Shown piece by piece: positions 37,315-51,723 of a DNA stretch of 64,000 nucleotides. Source of the DNA: Eledone cirrhosa (Eukaryota); NCBI GenBank assembly GCA_964016885.1, contig CAXHJY010001097.1:1-64000 (forward strand). The letters run 5' to 3'. How positions within the stretch are numbered: the first letter of the stretch is position 1; each line of letters begins with the position of its first letter. Under the pieces are notes generated by a model that was not told where the DNA came from, ran no database searches, and worked only from the letters and a program-made list of their open reading frames with translations. The translations under genes were made by a program, and so were the position numbers.

Positions 37315-38919
37315 TCATTTGTTTCGGGCTGGATGTTGTGGCACCAACATAACTTTACATTGAAAGGGGTGGTGTGGATGGGGTGGGGGTAGTGGGACGT
37401 GGGTGTATTTTGTTAGAGGTGCCTACTGACTGTAGTAGGTTTCACTTTGTACTTAGGTAAGGCGGGTCTTCTCTACTACTGAGTACCGCCAAAGGTCTCG
37501 GTCCAGTGACATTGTCTTGGAGAGGTTTAAGTGTGTGAGCTCGGAATTTATCAGCTCGTCCCAGGTTTTTCTGGGTCCGCCTACTCCGTGGCTACCGTCT
37601 ATTTTTATTGCCCTGCACTTTGTTATACATCTGTCGTCTTTCATGCGCATCACGTGACCATACCAACGTAGTCTTCTCTCGAGTAAACAACATCTGAACC
37701 CTCTTATTTCTAATTTCTCCCTTAGTTCGTTTATGATTTGCCGTTCCCATATATTACTATTACACATCCAGCGGAGCATGCAAGCTTCGTTTCTCTCCAG
37801 TCTGCGCATATCCTCTGCACACAATGCCCAGGTCTCACTGCCATGCAACATTGCTGTTCGTATGCAGGCATCATACAGCCTGCCTTTCATTTTTAGAGTG
37901 AACCCTTTAGAGGCTAATAGTGGTTTAAGCTCTCTGAACTTTTCCCATCCAGTTCTGACTCTAGCTACAGTACTTTCAGAGCACCCTCCCCCACTGCTGA
38001 TTTTGTCACCCAGGTAACGGAAGGTGTCCACTATTTCTATAGAACCATCTGTGCAATGGAATGAGCTAGTATTCTGTGGGCACTTGCTGCTACATATTGC
38101 ACCAGAGCACCGGCCACATATAAAATCTATATTCTTAGTTAGCTTACATGTGATCCCACTACATCTTTTATGCACCCATACTTTGCATTTGGGACATAAA
38201 ATGGAGTTTCTACCTAGTCCTTTCCTACACACTGAGCATGGCCATTTCCCAGATGGGACCAGTGCCCTATTTTCCTTCCTACAAACTAGAACTTTAGTCT
38301 TAGACAGGTTAATTTTAAGGCCTTTTGATTCTAGGCCATGCTTCCATGTTTGGAATTTCTTCTCTAGTTCAGCCATTGATTCAGCTATGAGCGTTAGATC
38401 ATCTGAATATAGGAGTTCCCATGGGCAGCCGGTCTTGAACTCCTCTGTTATAGTCTGAAGGGCAATAATAAATAGTAGGGGGCTAAGGGCGGAGTCCTGA
38501 TGAACACCAACTTTTACATTAAACTCTTCACTATATTCGTTGTTAATTCTAACCTTGCTGACTGTTTCTTTATACATGGCTTGTATAGCTCTCACAAGCC
38601 ATTCATCAACACCGAGTTTTCTAAGAGCCCACCAGATAATGGAACGGGGTACTCTGTCAAAGGCTTTCTCCAAGTCGACAAAAGCTTAGTATAGGGGTTT
38701 ACTTTTAGCTAGGTACTTCTCCTGTAGTTGTCGTACAATGAAAAGAGCGTCTGTGGTACTTTTACCTGACACAAACCCGAACTGCATTTCGTCTAGATCA
38801 ATCCTCTCTCTGATTAGTTGCGCTATTACTTTTTCTGTGACCTTCATGACCTGGTCGATTAATTTAATGCCTCTATAGTTACCCCTATCTAGGGCATCTC
38901 CTTTACCCTGTAGCAGTTA
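37315..38919 (-). mobile_element. 5'-truncated RTE LINE, ORF remnant 37453..38673
   Basis: RT+PHD remnant with YSDD, QDS and an in-frame stop near 38687. Confidence 0.92.
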
Positions 38920-39273
38920 TATATATATATATATATATATATATTCATATATATATATGTGAATATATATATATATATGAATATATGATTTCTACAGCTG
39001 GATGCCCTTCCTAACACCAACCTCATTTACAGTGAGTGCTGGGTGCCTACACGTCCACTCTACAGTGTCGGATGCCATGGCACCTCCACAACCACTTTGC
39101 AGTGGAATGATAGGGACCACAGTCCCTATCATCTCATTTCTATAGTTGAGTAAACTGGAGCAATGTGAAATAAAGTGTCTTGCTCAAGGAAACAACACAT
39201 CACCCGGCCTGAGAATTGAACTCACAACCTTTCGATTGCAAGGACAATGCTCTAACCACTAAACCCTGTGCCT

Positions 39274-39391
<118 letters not shown>

Positions 39392-39434
39392 GTATATATG
39401 TATATGTATATATATATATGTATATATATATATG

Positions 39435-40283
<849 letters not shown>

Positions 40284-40297
40284 TATATATATATATC

Positions 40298-40335
<38 letters not shown>

Positions 40336-40437
40336 TATATATATATTTATATATCATATATATATATCATATACATATATATATATCATATATATATATA
40401 TATCATATACATATATATATATCATATATATATATAT

Positions 40438-40496
<59 letters not shown>

Positions 40497-40498
40497 CA

Positions 40499-40550
<52 letters not shown>

Positions 40551-40656
40551 TATATGTATATATATATATATATATACATATATGTATATATATATATATA
40601 TATATACATATATGTATATATATATATATATATATATACATATATGTATATATATA

Positions 40657-40946
40657 AATTACACAATAATTAAAATAAAAAATTAAAAGTTAAAAAGGCA
40701 CAGAGTGGAATTCATGCAACAGAAATTAGAGAAGCATTAAGGTAGAGTTACTCGGGAAAAACGAGGACACTAGTAGTACATATGCAAGCGTATAGAGAAT
40801 ATATACATATTCATCTATGTATATATAACAAAGAAAGTGTGGTAAGGTGGATTATAACGCACCAGAGTACTCAATACTTAGTGTAGTGAAGTGGGTGAGT
40901 TCGGATCTAACTGTCGAAATGCCTGGAGCTCAGCCATCGGGGTCTT
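40657..40946 (-). repeat. Inverted ~290-bp copy of part of the duplicated unit
   Basis: Reverse complement of ~46272-46562 and ~57491-57782. Confidence 0.85.
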
Positions 40947-40949
40947 ATA

Positions 40950-43900
40950 TAATATTGAAGAGATAAGACACTTTCCCATTCTTCTCTGCTAAAATGTACC
41001 ACTAGAGCTGATTCCAATTTTCCCAGCCAGCCATCCATCTAATCTAATCTACGAAGGTATTTTAGCCTACATATTGTCGTTAATATTATGATGTTCCCTG
41101 CTGTATTAGCGATAAATTTTCGAGGGTTTCTCTTAGTAGTTTTTTTTTTTCATGACGTTATTATTGTTAATTTTACTGATGTAGTATTAACTTATTAACT
41201 TGGATATTTACCATGCGGTATTCTAATCCTATTGTATCTCTCTCAGTTATTTACCATGCGACCCTCAGTTCCTACCCCCCCTCTCTATGCACTTCTTTAA
41301 GGCTTACTACCCTGTCTTTAACCTACATATTGTCGTTAATATTATGATGTTCCCTGCTGTATTAGCGTTAAATTTTCCCTGCTGTATTAGCGATAAATTT
41401 TCGAGGGTTTCTCTTAGTAGTTTTTTTTCATGGCGTTATTATTGTTAATTTTACTGATGTAGTATTAACTTGGATATTTACCATGCGACCCTCAGTTCCT
41501 ACCTCACAATTTCCCTCCCCCCCACCCCCACACACCACCATAGTCTATTCGACCAATCAAACCTAGCATGCCATTTCCACTGCTGCTGCTGCTACTACCT
41601 GCCTAACTAACTCTCTCCTCCTCTGGCGCATCCCAACACACCCTGCCATTACCCCACCACCACTGTCCTTCTAGCCCTCAATTTTCCCACCGTTATGGAT
41701 GGATGAGCTGGGAATACACGAGCAACTCTGAATCAATAGATGAAATATGAATCTGCGAGCTACCAAGCACCCACGTGAAGCGCCAACCCAGAGACCCTCC
41801 CCTACGAGTGTCGACAAATGCCCAAAACTCCGAGTTGGTACCATCAATGTAGGCTCAATGAAAGGAAGAGCAGGAGAAATCGTAGAAATGCTAGAGCGAA
41901 AGGAAGTTGATGTATGCTGTGTGCAAGAGACTAGATGGAGAGGAGGGTCTGCTAGAGTCCTTGTAGGAAAAAGCCAGTGCTACAAATTTTTCTGGGTGGG
42001 AAATGACGATGGGATGGGTGGTGTAGGTATACTATTAGCTGACAAGTGGGTAGATAAAGTAATCTCAGTGTACAGGGTAAATGCAAGAATCATTAAACTC
42101 AGACTAGTCCTGAATAAGACAATTACCACAATAATATCAGCTTACGCACCCCAATCAGGGCTGCCAGACGAACTTAAGGATAGGTTTTACGAGTCCCTAA
42201 TACACACTACTGCTCTAACAGACGACAAGGACTTCCTAATCATTGCAGGAGATTTTAACGGACACGTAGGTAAACACTGCGACGGCTTCAATAGAGTACA
42301 TGGAGGCCATGGAGTTGGCACAAGGAATGAGGAAGGATTCAGACTTCTAGAATTCTGCGACGCCAATGACATGTCGATATGTAACACAAACTTTAAAAAA
42401 CCCGACAACCACCTGATCACCTATAGATCAGGGGAGCACTCTAGTCAGTTAGATTTTATCCTCATCAGAGGACGTGACAGATGGACGGTCGTAAACACAA
42501 AAGCCTTCCCTAGTGAGGAATGTACATCCCAACATAGCTTAGTTGTCAGCGACCTCACGGTCAGAACTAGACGAGCCCTGAAACAGAGGCCAACCTGGAG
42601 AAGAAAGATCTGGAAGCTGAAAGTCCCCTCAACCAGTAACAGATTTAAAGATATTTTACTCAACGCCTACGACAGTAAAGAAGAACAGATAGAGACATTT
42701 AACGTAGAAGAGAACTGGGAGTTCCTAAAAAATAACTTACTAGAGGCGACGGATGAGGTTTGTGGCTGGAGTAAGACCTCAAGCAGGAGGAGAGTGACTT
42801 GGTGGTGGAACAATAAGGTAGATGAAGCAGTCAAGGCCAAGAGACAGGCATGGAAAGAATGGAAGAACGGGGGGAGCAGGGTACATTACATAGAGACCAA
42901 GAGGGAAGCTAGGCGACAAGTATACTTAGCTAGGAGGGAAGCAGAGGATAGAAAATTCAAGCATGTTTTACAACGTGAGGACCAGAAACAGGAGGTATTC
43001 AAGATTGCGAGGCAGTGTGTCAGAGATAGTTGTGATGTCATTGGAGAGAAGTGTATCCGGAATGATAAAGGTGACCTTGCCCTCACAAGTGCTGAGAAGA
43101 AAGATGCATGGAAGAGTCATTATGATAGATTACTAAATGAGGAGAATGCATGGGAAGAAGAGACCCTACCCCACGTAGACCCTATAGAGGGACCAGCAGT
43201 ACAAGTCAGCGGCAGCGTAGTAAGTAAGGCAATCAGAGATATGAAGATAGGGAAGGCAACCGGTCCATCGGGTATAGCTGCCGAGATGCTGAAGGCATCT
43301 GGGTCTGTAGGTCACACTATAACCACACGTATCGTTAACCAGGTAATACTAGAGGGGGCCATACCAAAAGATTGGTGCAGTAGCATCATTGTCAACTGCT
43401 ACAAAGGTAAAGGCGATGCACTAGATAGAGGAAACTATAGAGGTATAAAGTTGATGGACCAGGTCATGAAAGTAACAGAAAGAGTTATAGCACAGCTGAT
43501 TAGGGACCGGGTGAATATAGACGAGATGCAATTTGGGTTTGTACCAGGGAAAGGCACCACTGATGCGCTCTTCCTTGTGAGGCAATTACAGGAAAAGTAC
43601 CTAGCTAAAAGTAAGCCACTCTACTTGGCATTTGTCGACCTTGAGAAAGCCTTTGACAGAGTTCCACGTGCAGTAATCTGGTGGGCTCTTAGAAAACTAG
43701 GAGTAGATGAATGGCTTGTGAAAGCGGTACAAGCCATGTATAGGGGAGCAGTCAGCAAAGTTAGGATTGGCAATGAGTATAGCGAGGAATTTAGCGTACA
43801 GGTTGGGGTCCACCAGGGCTCTGTTCTTAGCCCTCTCCTGTTCATCATAGTCCTGCAGGCAATAACGGAGGAGTTTAAGACCGGATGCCCATGGGAACTC

Positions 43901-45171
43901 CTGTATGCTGATGACCTCGCACTCATAGCTGAATCTATGGTAGAACTAGAGAATAAATTCCAAACCTGGAAGCAGGGACTAGAGAGAAAGGGCCTCAAAG
44001 TCAACATGACAAAGACTAAGGTCCTTATAAGTAGACGAGAAAACAGAACCCAGATCCCCTCAGGGAAATGGCCTTGCTCAGTATGTAGGAAAGGTGTAGG
44101 TAGGAACTCCATTCTTTGCCCCAAATGCAAACAATGGGTACACAAGAGATGTAGCGGGATCTCAGGAAGCTTAATTAAGAATGTAGGATTCACATGCAGC
44201 AGCTGTGCTGAAACAGCAAGCAAACAGCTACAGGAAACAAGTACCACCAATCTCTGGGAGGGCCCTGTAGAAACAGTAGACAGCTTCTGCTACCTAGGTG
44301 ACCGAATTAGCAACGGAGGTGGGTGCTCAGAAAGTACAATAACTAGGGTAAGAACGGGATGGAAGAAGTTTAGGGAACTACTACCACTGCTAGCTGCAAA
44401 AGGCTTCTCCCTCAGAATGAAAGGCAGACTGTATGATGCGTGTATCCGAACAGCGATGTTGCATGGTAGTGAGACCTGGGCGCTGAAGGTGGAAGACTTA
44501 CGTAGATTAGAGAGAAACGAAGCCTGCATGCTCCGATGGATGTGTAACAGTAATATACGTGAACGACAAAGCATAAATGAATTGAGAGAGAGACTGAGCA
44601 TAAGAGGAATCAAATGCTGCGTGCAGGAGAGGCGGTTACGCTGGTATGGACATGTGATGCGTATGAAGGATGACAGCTGCATAAAAAGGTGCAGAGCACT
44701 AGAAGTTGATGGAAACCGCGGAGTGGGGAGACCCAAGATGACTTGGGATGAGGTGATAAAAGCCGACCTTACCCAACTACACCTCTCAAAGTCAATGACA
44801 CACGACCGTGACTTCTGGCGTCACGCAGTAATACAGGGTACCCGACCTCCCATGGGTACATGCTGAAGCATATAAACAATATGCCCCCCCCCCCCACCGC
44901 AAGGTGGTCGTGGAGGTGCCACGGCAAAAAAGCACCCAGCCCACACTGTAAAGTAGACGTGTAGGCGCCACGAAAAAGCACCCAGCACTCACTGTAAATG
45001 AGGTTGGTGTTAGGAAGGGCATCCAGCTGTAGAAATCAAGCCAGATCAGTTCCTGTATGAGCAAGGCATGGTCAGCCGACCAGACACTGCCCACAACAGG
45101 ACAACCCGTCTAACCCATGCTAGCGTGGAAGAACGGACGTAAAACGGTGATGATGATGATGATGATGATGA
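40950..45171 (+). mobile_element. Full-length RTE-clade LINE (family 2)
   Basis: Intact ORF, 3' UTR and (GAT)n tail ending at ~45171. The upstream region has internal direct repeats (~41065-41215 vs ~41322-41500). The 5' boundary is approximate. Confidence 0.88.
41747..44866 (+). CDS. RTE LINE ORF: endonuclease + reverse transcriptase with inserted PHD finger
   Basis: 1039 aa uninterrupted: VQETRW, GDFNGHVG, FVDLEKAFD, HQGSVLSP, YADD, CSVC..CPKC..H..C..CSSC, RRLRWYGHV. Confidence 0.95.
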   Translation: MNLRATKHPREAPTQRPSPTSVDKCPKLRVGTINVGSMKGRAGEIVEMLERKEVDVCCVQETRWRGGSARVLVGKSQCYKFFWVGNDDGMGGVGILLADKWVDKVISVYRVNARIIKLRLVLNKTITTIISAYAPQSGLPDELKDRFYESLIHTTALTDDKDFLIIAGDFNGHVGKHCDGFNRVHGGHGVGTRNEEGFRLLEFCDANDMSICNTNFKKPDNHLITYRSGEHSSQLDFILIRGRDRWTVVNTKAFPSEECTSQHSLVVSDLTVRTRRALKQRPTWRRKIWKLKVPSTSNRFKDILLNAYDSKEEQIETFNVEENWEFLKNNLLEATDEVCGWSKTSSRRRVTWWWNNKVDEAVKAKRQAWKEWKNGGSRVHYIETKREARRQVYLARREAEDRKFKHVLQREDQKQEVFKIARQCVRDSCDVIGEKCIRNDKGDLALTSAEKKDAWKSHYDRLLNEENAWEEETLPHVDPIEGPAVQVSGSVVSKAIRDMKIGKATGPSGIAAEMLKASGSVGHTITTRIVNQVILEGAIPKDWCSSIIVNCYKGKGDALDRGNYRGIKLMDQVMKVTERVIAQLIRDRVNIDEMQFGFVPGKGTTDALFLVRQLQEKYLAKSKPLYLAFVDLEKAFDRVPRAVIWWALRKLGVDEWLVKAVQAMYRGAVSKVRIGNEYSEEFSVQVGVHQGSVLSPLLFIIVLQAITEEFKTGCPWELLYADDLALIAESMVELENKFQTWKQGLERKGLKVNMTKTKVLISRRENRTQIPSGKWPCSVCRKGVGRNSILCPKCKQWVHKRCSGISGSLIKNVGFTCSSCAETASKQLQETSTTNLWEGPVETVDSFCYLGDRISNGGGCSESTITRVRTGWKKFRELLPLLAAKGFSLRMKGRLYDACIRTAMLHGSETWALKVEDLRRLERNEACMLRWMCNSNIRERQSINELRERLSIRGIKCCVQERRLRWYGHVMRMKDDSCIKRCRALEVDGNRGVGRPKMTWDEVIKADLTQLHLSKSMTHDRDFWRHAVIQGTRPPMGTC

Positions 45172-45938
45172 TATATATATATGAATGTATGTATAGTATA
45201 TTTGGTGATATACTGTATGTTTAACTATAAACATTTTGAAGAGCTTGTGCTATTATTTTAAAGTAGTGACTATGTCATTTACTTCTTTTTTCAGCAAAGG
45301 AAGGGACATAAACTGACAGATCTATTTTACACTTATTTACATTGCAGAGTGTAATTTATATCTATAGATAACAGTTTATCTATAGATTTATTTCTATAGA
45401 TCAAATTCTTTGTCTTTCTGTTTCTCTGTCTGTTCTTATGCATTCTCAAAAGGTGACAAAATCAAATGGAATTTTACAAGGTAAAAGGATTAGACCCCCC
45501 AGGGTGTATCAACCTGTAATTTATAATTTCATTTGGATTAAAATAATATATTTGATCTAAAATAATCCTTCTATAGTGAACTATAGTAAACCATGACGAC
45601 GACACGTATGTGTCTGCCTGCGTGTGTGTGTGTGTGTGTGTGTGAGTGTGTGTGTGTCAATGTGAATGGTAGCGAATTTGTTAAATATGGTAGGCCTCAG
45701 AGAATTCAACACACATCATCATCATCATTCGTCGACTACTGTCGAGATGATGGATCTCACTCTCATGCCCCAGAATTCCGTCCCCCATGTAATGTGCAGC
45801 TACTACAATTATTCAACAAATTTATTTATAACAGATTCGAAGCACTCTCCAGTATTCTTCTGGAGTTTAATATCAATGATATTAATAAATGGAAACTATC
45901 TTTAAAATAAGCTATAAAATAAAATAAATATATATCAT

Positions 45939-45981
<43 letters not shown>

Positions 45982-46133
45982 AGTATATGTTGAGTATATG
46001 TTGGTTGTTCGAATTCATATAATTCCAGTTCCTCAGAAAAATAACAACCCAACCAGGAGCTGGACATATCGGAGTATTGACGGAGTAAAACACTTTAACA
46101 ACATGTGCACCTGTCTCTACCACACCAATTCGA

Positions 46134-46188
46134 ACTGCCTGAAGAGGTCACAGCCAATGATGGCTGTCACCGAAATATATATAGCAGT
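46134..46188 (+). ncRNA. Minimal type I hammerhead ribozyme (family A)
   Basis: Identical to 32187-32241. Confidence 0.88.
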
Positions 46189-46627
46189 ACATCTTTAATA
46201 AACGAAGCCAAATCTTAAATATTTGACTTAATTACTTTATTTTATATATATATATATATAGGAACAGCGTCAAGACCCCGATGGCTGAGCTCCAGGCATT
46301 TCGACAGTTAGATCCGAACTCACCCAATTCACTACACTAAGTATTGAGTACTCTGGTGCGTTATAATCCACCTTACCACACTTTCTTTGTTATATATACA
46401 TAGATGAATATGTATATATTCTCTATACGCTTGCATATGTACTACTAGTGTCCTCGTTTTTCCCGAGTAACTCTACCTTAATGCCTCTCTAATTTCTGTT
46501 GCATGCATTCCACTCTGTGCCTTTTTAACTTTTAATTTTTAATTTTAATTATTGTGTAATTTATATATATACATGTACATATATATATATATATACATAT
46601 ATGTATATATCTATATATATATATACA

Positions 46628-46668
<41 letters not shown>

Positions 46669-48575
46669 TGGTAGAGAATGTTGAGAAGCCAGAGGGGATC
46701 ACTAATGTAGGCAGAAAGCTGCTAGAATTGGTTGAGGACTTCTTGTATTTGGGAGCAAAGATTGGGAATACGGAAGATGATGTGGTTGAGAGGAAGAGAA
46801 AAGCCTGGGTGGCGTGCCACAGCTTGAGATCGATGTGGAAATCGGACCTTCGTAAAGACCTGAAAATCCGCCTCTTCATTGCTGTAGTGGAGTCTGTGCT
46901 GCTGTACGGGTCTGAGACTTGGACACTGACCGAGAAACTCACTCAGATGCTTGATGGGTGCTACACGAGAATGCTGAGGATGGCTCAGAACATTAATCAG
47001 TATACACTGAGGATGAAAAACTCAGAGATGTATGGGAGCCTCCCAAAAGTCAGCTCAAAAGTGACACAGAGGAGACGGAGGTTAGCTGGACATGCTCACC
47101 GATATCCAGAGTTGACATTGCACTCAGTGTTCCTTTGGGAGCCCCTACATGGACACACTGGAAGAGGAAGACCAAGGTTAACTATGTTGATGCCCTAAGG
47201 CCTGTTGGAGACGTAGGGCATGGCAGCGATAATGAGGGACAGAGACCGCTGGAGAGAACTTATCCATGGATCTCGGGAATTTTACCTGCCCTATATATAT
47301 ATATATATATGTGTGTGCGTGATGTATATGAGCTTGCATCTTCTGATGGATGTGTAATAGTAATATATGTGAACGCCAAAGCATAAACGAACTGAAAGAG
47401 AGACTAAGCATAAGAGGAATGAAATGTTGTGTGCAAGAGGTTGTGTTGGTATCAATCTGTGATGTGTATGAAGGATGACAGCTGCATAAAAAGGTTCAGA
47501 GCACTTATTTGATGGAAGCCTTGGTGCGAGGAGAGCCAGGAAGACTTGGGATGAGGCGATAAAAGCTGACCTTGCCCAATTGCACCTCTCAATGGCAGAG
47601 GACCAAGATCTCTGGTGTTACGTAATAATACAGTAAACCTCACTTCCCACAGGCCCAGGCCGAGCCTGAAGCATATATACAGTGTGAAAAACACCACCTA
47701 ACCCACCCACCCCCATACATCTTCCATGAGGACAGGCTGAAGTACCCATCTAGTGAAGCCCATATCCCACACTATAAAGTGTTTGTGTAGGTGTCATAAC
47801 AAAAAACACCCAGTCCACACTGTAAAGTGGTCATGTAGGTGTCATAACAAAGCACCCAGTCCACACTGTAAAGTGGTTGTGTAGGTGTCATGACATAAAC
47901 ACCCAGTCTACACTGTAAAGTGGTTGTCTAGGTGTCACAACAAAAAACACCCAGTCCACACTGAAAAGTGGTCATGTAGGTGTCATGACAAAAAGGAGCC
48001 AACCACACTGTAAATAAGGTTGGTGTTAGGAAGGACATCCAGCTGTAGAATAAGCTAAAATCAGTTTTGTACGAACAAGACATGGTCACCAGACTTGCCC
48101 ACAACAAGACAACAAGTCTAACCCATGCTAGTGTGGAATAATGGATGTAAACCAGTGATGATGATCTACTCTGTCATATATATTGACATGATGATTCTGT
48201 CATAGAATTACAATAAACACATGTATGGCTGTGGAATACTCAGCCATAAACATATTATTTGTGGTGTGTTAGTATATGTGTGTGAGTGTAAGTTACTGTG
48301 TGGGTGTGTGGTAGAATGAATGTACATACGTGCTGTGTGTCTTCTCTAATATATCAATATGAAGAGAACACTTGACCTTACCTAATCAATGTTTTGTTCA
48401 AAGTCAAGATACAGTTTTGTTTCACAATAAACAACTTTGATAACATTCTATTTAAGTTTTTGTCTATATCAATCTGTCATCATCATCATCAACAACTTTT
48501 CATTCAGCCATCTAATGGGACAGTTAAGCTCCAGCTAGCATGTTAAAAGCTGGATGTCCTTCCTAATGCCACCCT

Positions 48576-51500
48576 CATTTACAGTGTGGACTGGGTGCTT
48601 TTTGTCATGACAACTACATGACAATTTTACAGAGTGGACTGGGTGCTTTTTGTCATGTCACCTACAGAACCACTCTACAGTGTGGACGGGGTGCTTTTTG
48701 TCATGACAACTACATGACCATTTTACAGAGTGGACTGGGTGCTTTTTGTCATGACACCAGCACATAACTTTACAGAGTGGACTGGGTTCTTTTTGTTGTG
48801 ACACCAACACAACCACTTTACAGATTGGAATGGGTGCTTTTTGTTGCGAAACCTACTCATCCACTTTACAGTGTGGAATGGGAACTTTTGTTGTGACACC
48901 TACACAACCACTTTATAGAGTAGACTGTGTGTTTTTGTCGTGACACCTATATGACCACTTTACAGAGTGGACTGGGTGCTTTTTGTCATGACACATACAC
49001 AACCACTTAACAGAGTGGACTGGGTGCTTTTTCGTGACACCTACATGACCACTTTACTGTGTAGACTGGGTCCATTTTCTCAGGACATCTACATGACTAC
49101 TTTACAGTGTGGACTGTGTGCTTTCTGACATGTCACCTACACAACCACATTACAGTGTGGACTGGGTGCTTTTTGCATGACACCTACACGACCACTTTAC
49201 AGAGGAGACCGGGTGCTTTTTGTCATGACACCTACACATCCACTTTACAGTGTAGACTTGGTGCTTTTTGTCATGACACCTACGCAACCACTTTATAGTG
49301 TGGACTGGGTGCTTTGTTGTGACACCTACACAAACACTTTAGGGAGTGGACTGGGTTCTTTTTGTCATGACACCTACATGACGACTTTACAGAGTAGACT
49401 GGGTGCTATTTTTGTGACACCTATATGACCACATTACAGTGTAGACTGGGTGGTTTTTGTCATCACACCTACATGACCACTTTACAGCGAGTAGTGGGTC
49501 CTTTTTGAAACGACACCTACATGACCACTTTACAGTGTGGACTGGTTGCTTTTTGCCATGACACCTACATGACCACTTTACAGTGTGGAGTGGTTGCTTT
49601 TTGTCATGACACCTACATGACCACTTTACAGTGTGGACTGGGTGCTTTGTTGTGACAGCTACATGACTACTTTACAGTGTGGACTGGGTGCTTTTTGTCA
49701 TGACACCTACACAACCACTTTCCAGAGTGGACTGGGTGCTTTTTGGCATGACACATACACAACCTCTTAACAGAGTGGACTGGGTACTTTTTTGTGACAC
49801 CTACATGACCACTTTACAGTGTGGACTGGGTGCTTTTTGAAATGACACCTATGTGACCACTTTACAGTGTAGACTGGGTGCTTTTTGTCATGTCACCTAC
49901 AAAACCACTTTACAGTGTGGACTGGGTGCTTTTTGCATGACACCTACACATCCACTTTACAGTGTAGACTCGGTGCTTTTTGTCACGACACCTACATGAC
50001 CACTTTACAGTGTAGACTGGGTGCTTTTTGTCATGACACCTACATGACCACTTTACAGTGAGTAGTGGGTCCTTTTTGTCACGACACCTACATGACCACT
50101 TTACAGTGTGGACTGGGTGCTTTTTGTCATGACACCTACATGACCACTTCACAGTGTAGACTGGGTGCTTTTTGTCATGACACCTACATGACCACTTTAC
50201 AGTGAGTAGTGGGTCCTTCTTGTCATGACATCTACACAAACACATTACAGTGTAGGCTGGGTGCTTTTTGTCATGACACGTACATGACACATTACAGTGT
50301 GGACTGGGTGCTTTTTGTAATGACACCTACAGAACCACTTTACAGAGTGGACTGGGTGCTTTTTGTCACGACACCTACATGACCACTTTACTGAGTAGAC
50401 TGGGTGCTTTTTAGGTGACACCTACATGACCACTTTACAGTGTGGACAGGGTGCTTTTTGTCATGCCACCTACACAACCACTTTACAGTGTGGACTGGGT
50501 GCTTTTTGTTATGACACCTACACAACCACTTTACAGTGAGGACTTGGTGCTTTTTGTCATGACACCTACATGACCACTTTACAGTGAGGACTGGGTGCTT
50601 TTTGTCATGACACCTACATGACCACTTTACACTGAGGACTGGGTGCTTTTTGAAATGACACCTACATGACCACCTTACAGTGTGGACTGGGTGCATTTTG
50701 TCACGACACATACATGACCACTTTACAGGGTGGACTGGGTGCTATTTGTCATGACACCTACATGACCACTTTACAGCGTAGACTGGGTGCTTTTTTTGTG
50801 ACACCTACATGACCACTTTATTGTGTGGACTGGGTGCATTTTATCATGACACCTACACAACCACTTTACAGGGTGGACTGGGTGCTTTTTGACATGACAC
50901 CTACATGACCACTTTACAGTGAGGACTGGGTGCTTTTTGTCATGACACCTACATGACCACTTTACACTGAGGACTGGGTGCTTTTTGAAATGACACCTAC
51001 ATGACCACCTTACAGTGTGGACTGGGTGCTTTTTGTCACGACACCTACATGACCACTTTACAGGGTGGACTGGGTGCTATTTGTCATGACACCTACATGA
51101 CCACTTTACAGAGTAGACTGGGTGCTTTTTTTGTGACACCTACATGACCACTTTACTGTGTGGACTGGGTGCTTTTTATCATGACACCTACACAACCACT
51201 TTACAGGGTGGACTGGGTGCTTTTTGACATGACACCTACATGACCACTTTACAGTGAGGATTGGGTGCTTTTTGTCATGACACCTACATGACCACTTTAC
51301 AGTGTGGACTAGGTGCTTTTTGTCATGACACCTACACAACCTCATTACAATGTAGACTGAGTGCTTTTTGTCATGACACCTACACAACCACTTTACAGTG
51401 TGGACTGGGTGCTTTTGGTTCTGACACCTACACAACCACTTTACAGAGTGGACTGGGTCCTTTTTGTTGTGACACCTACACAACCACTTTACAGTATCGA

Positions 51501-51723
51501 CTGGGTACTTTTTGTTGTGACACCTACACAACCACTTTACAGGGTGGACTGGGTGCTTTTTGTTGTGACACCTACATGACCACTTTACAGTGTGGACTGT
51601 ATATTTTTGTTGTGACACCTACATGACCACTTCACAGTGTGGACTGGGTGGTTTTTGTCGTGAAACCTACATGACCACTTCACAGTGTGGACTGGGTGCT
51701 TTTGTTATGACACCTACACGACC
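48576..51723. repeat. 48-bp satellite array, ~65 units
   Basis: Same unit and flanks as 35025-37314. Confidence 0.95.
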
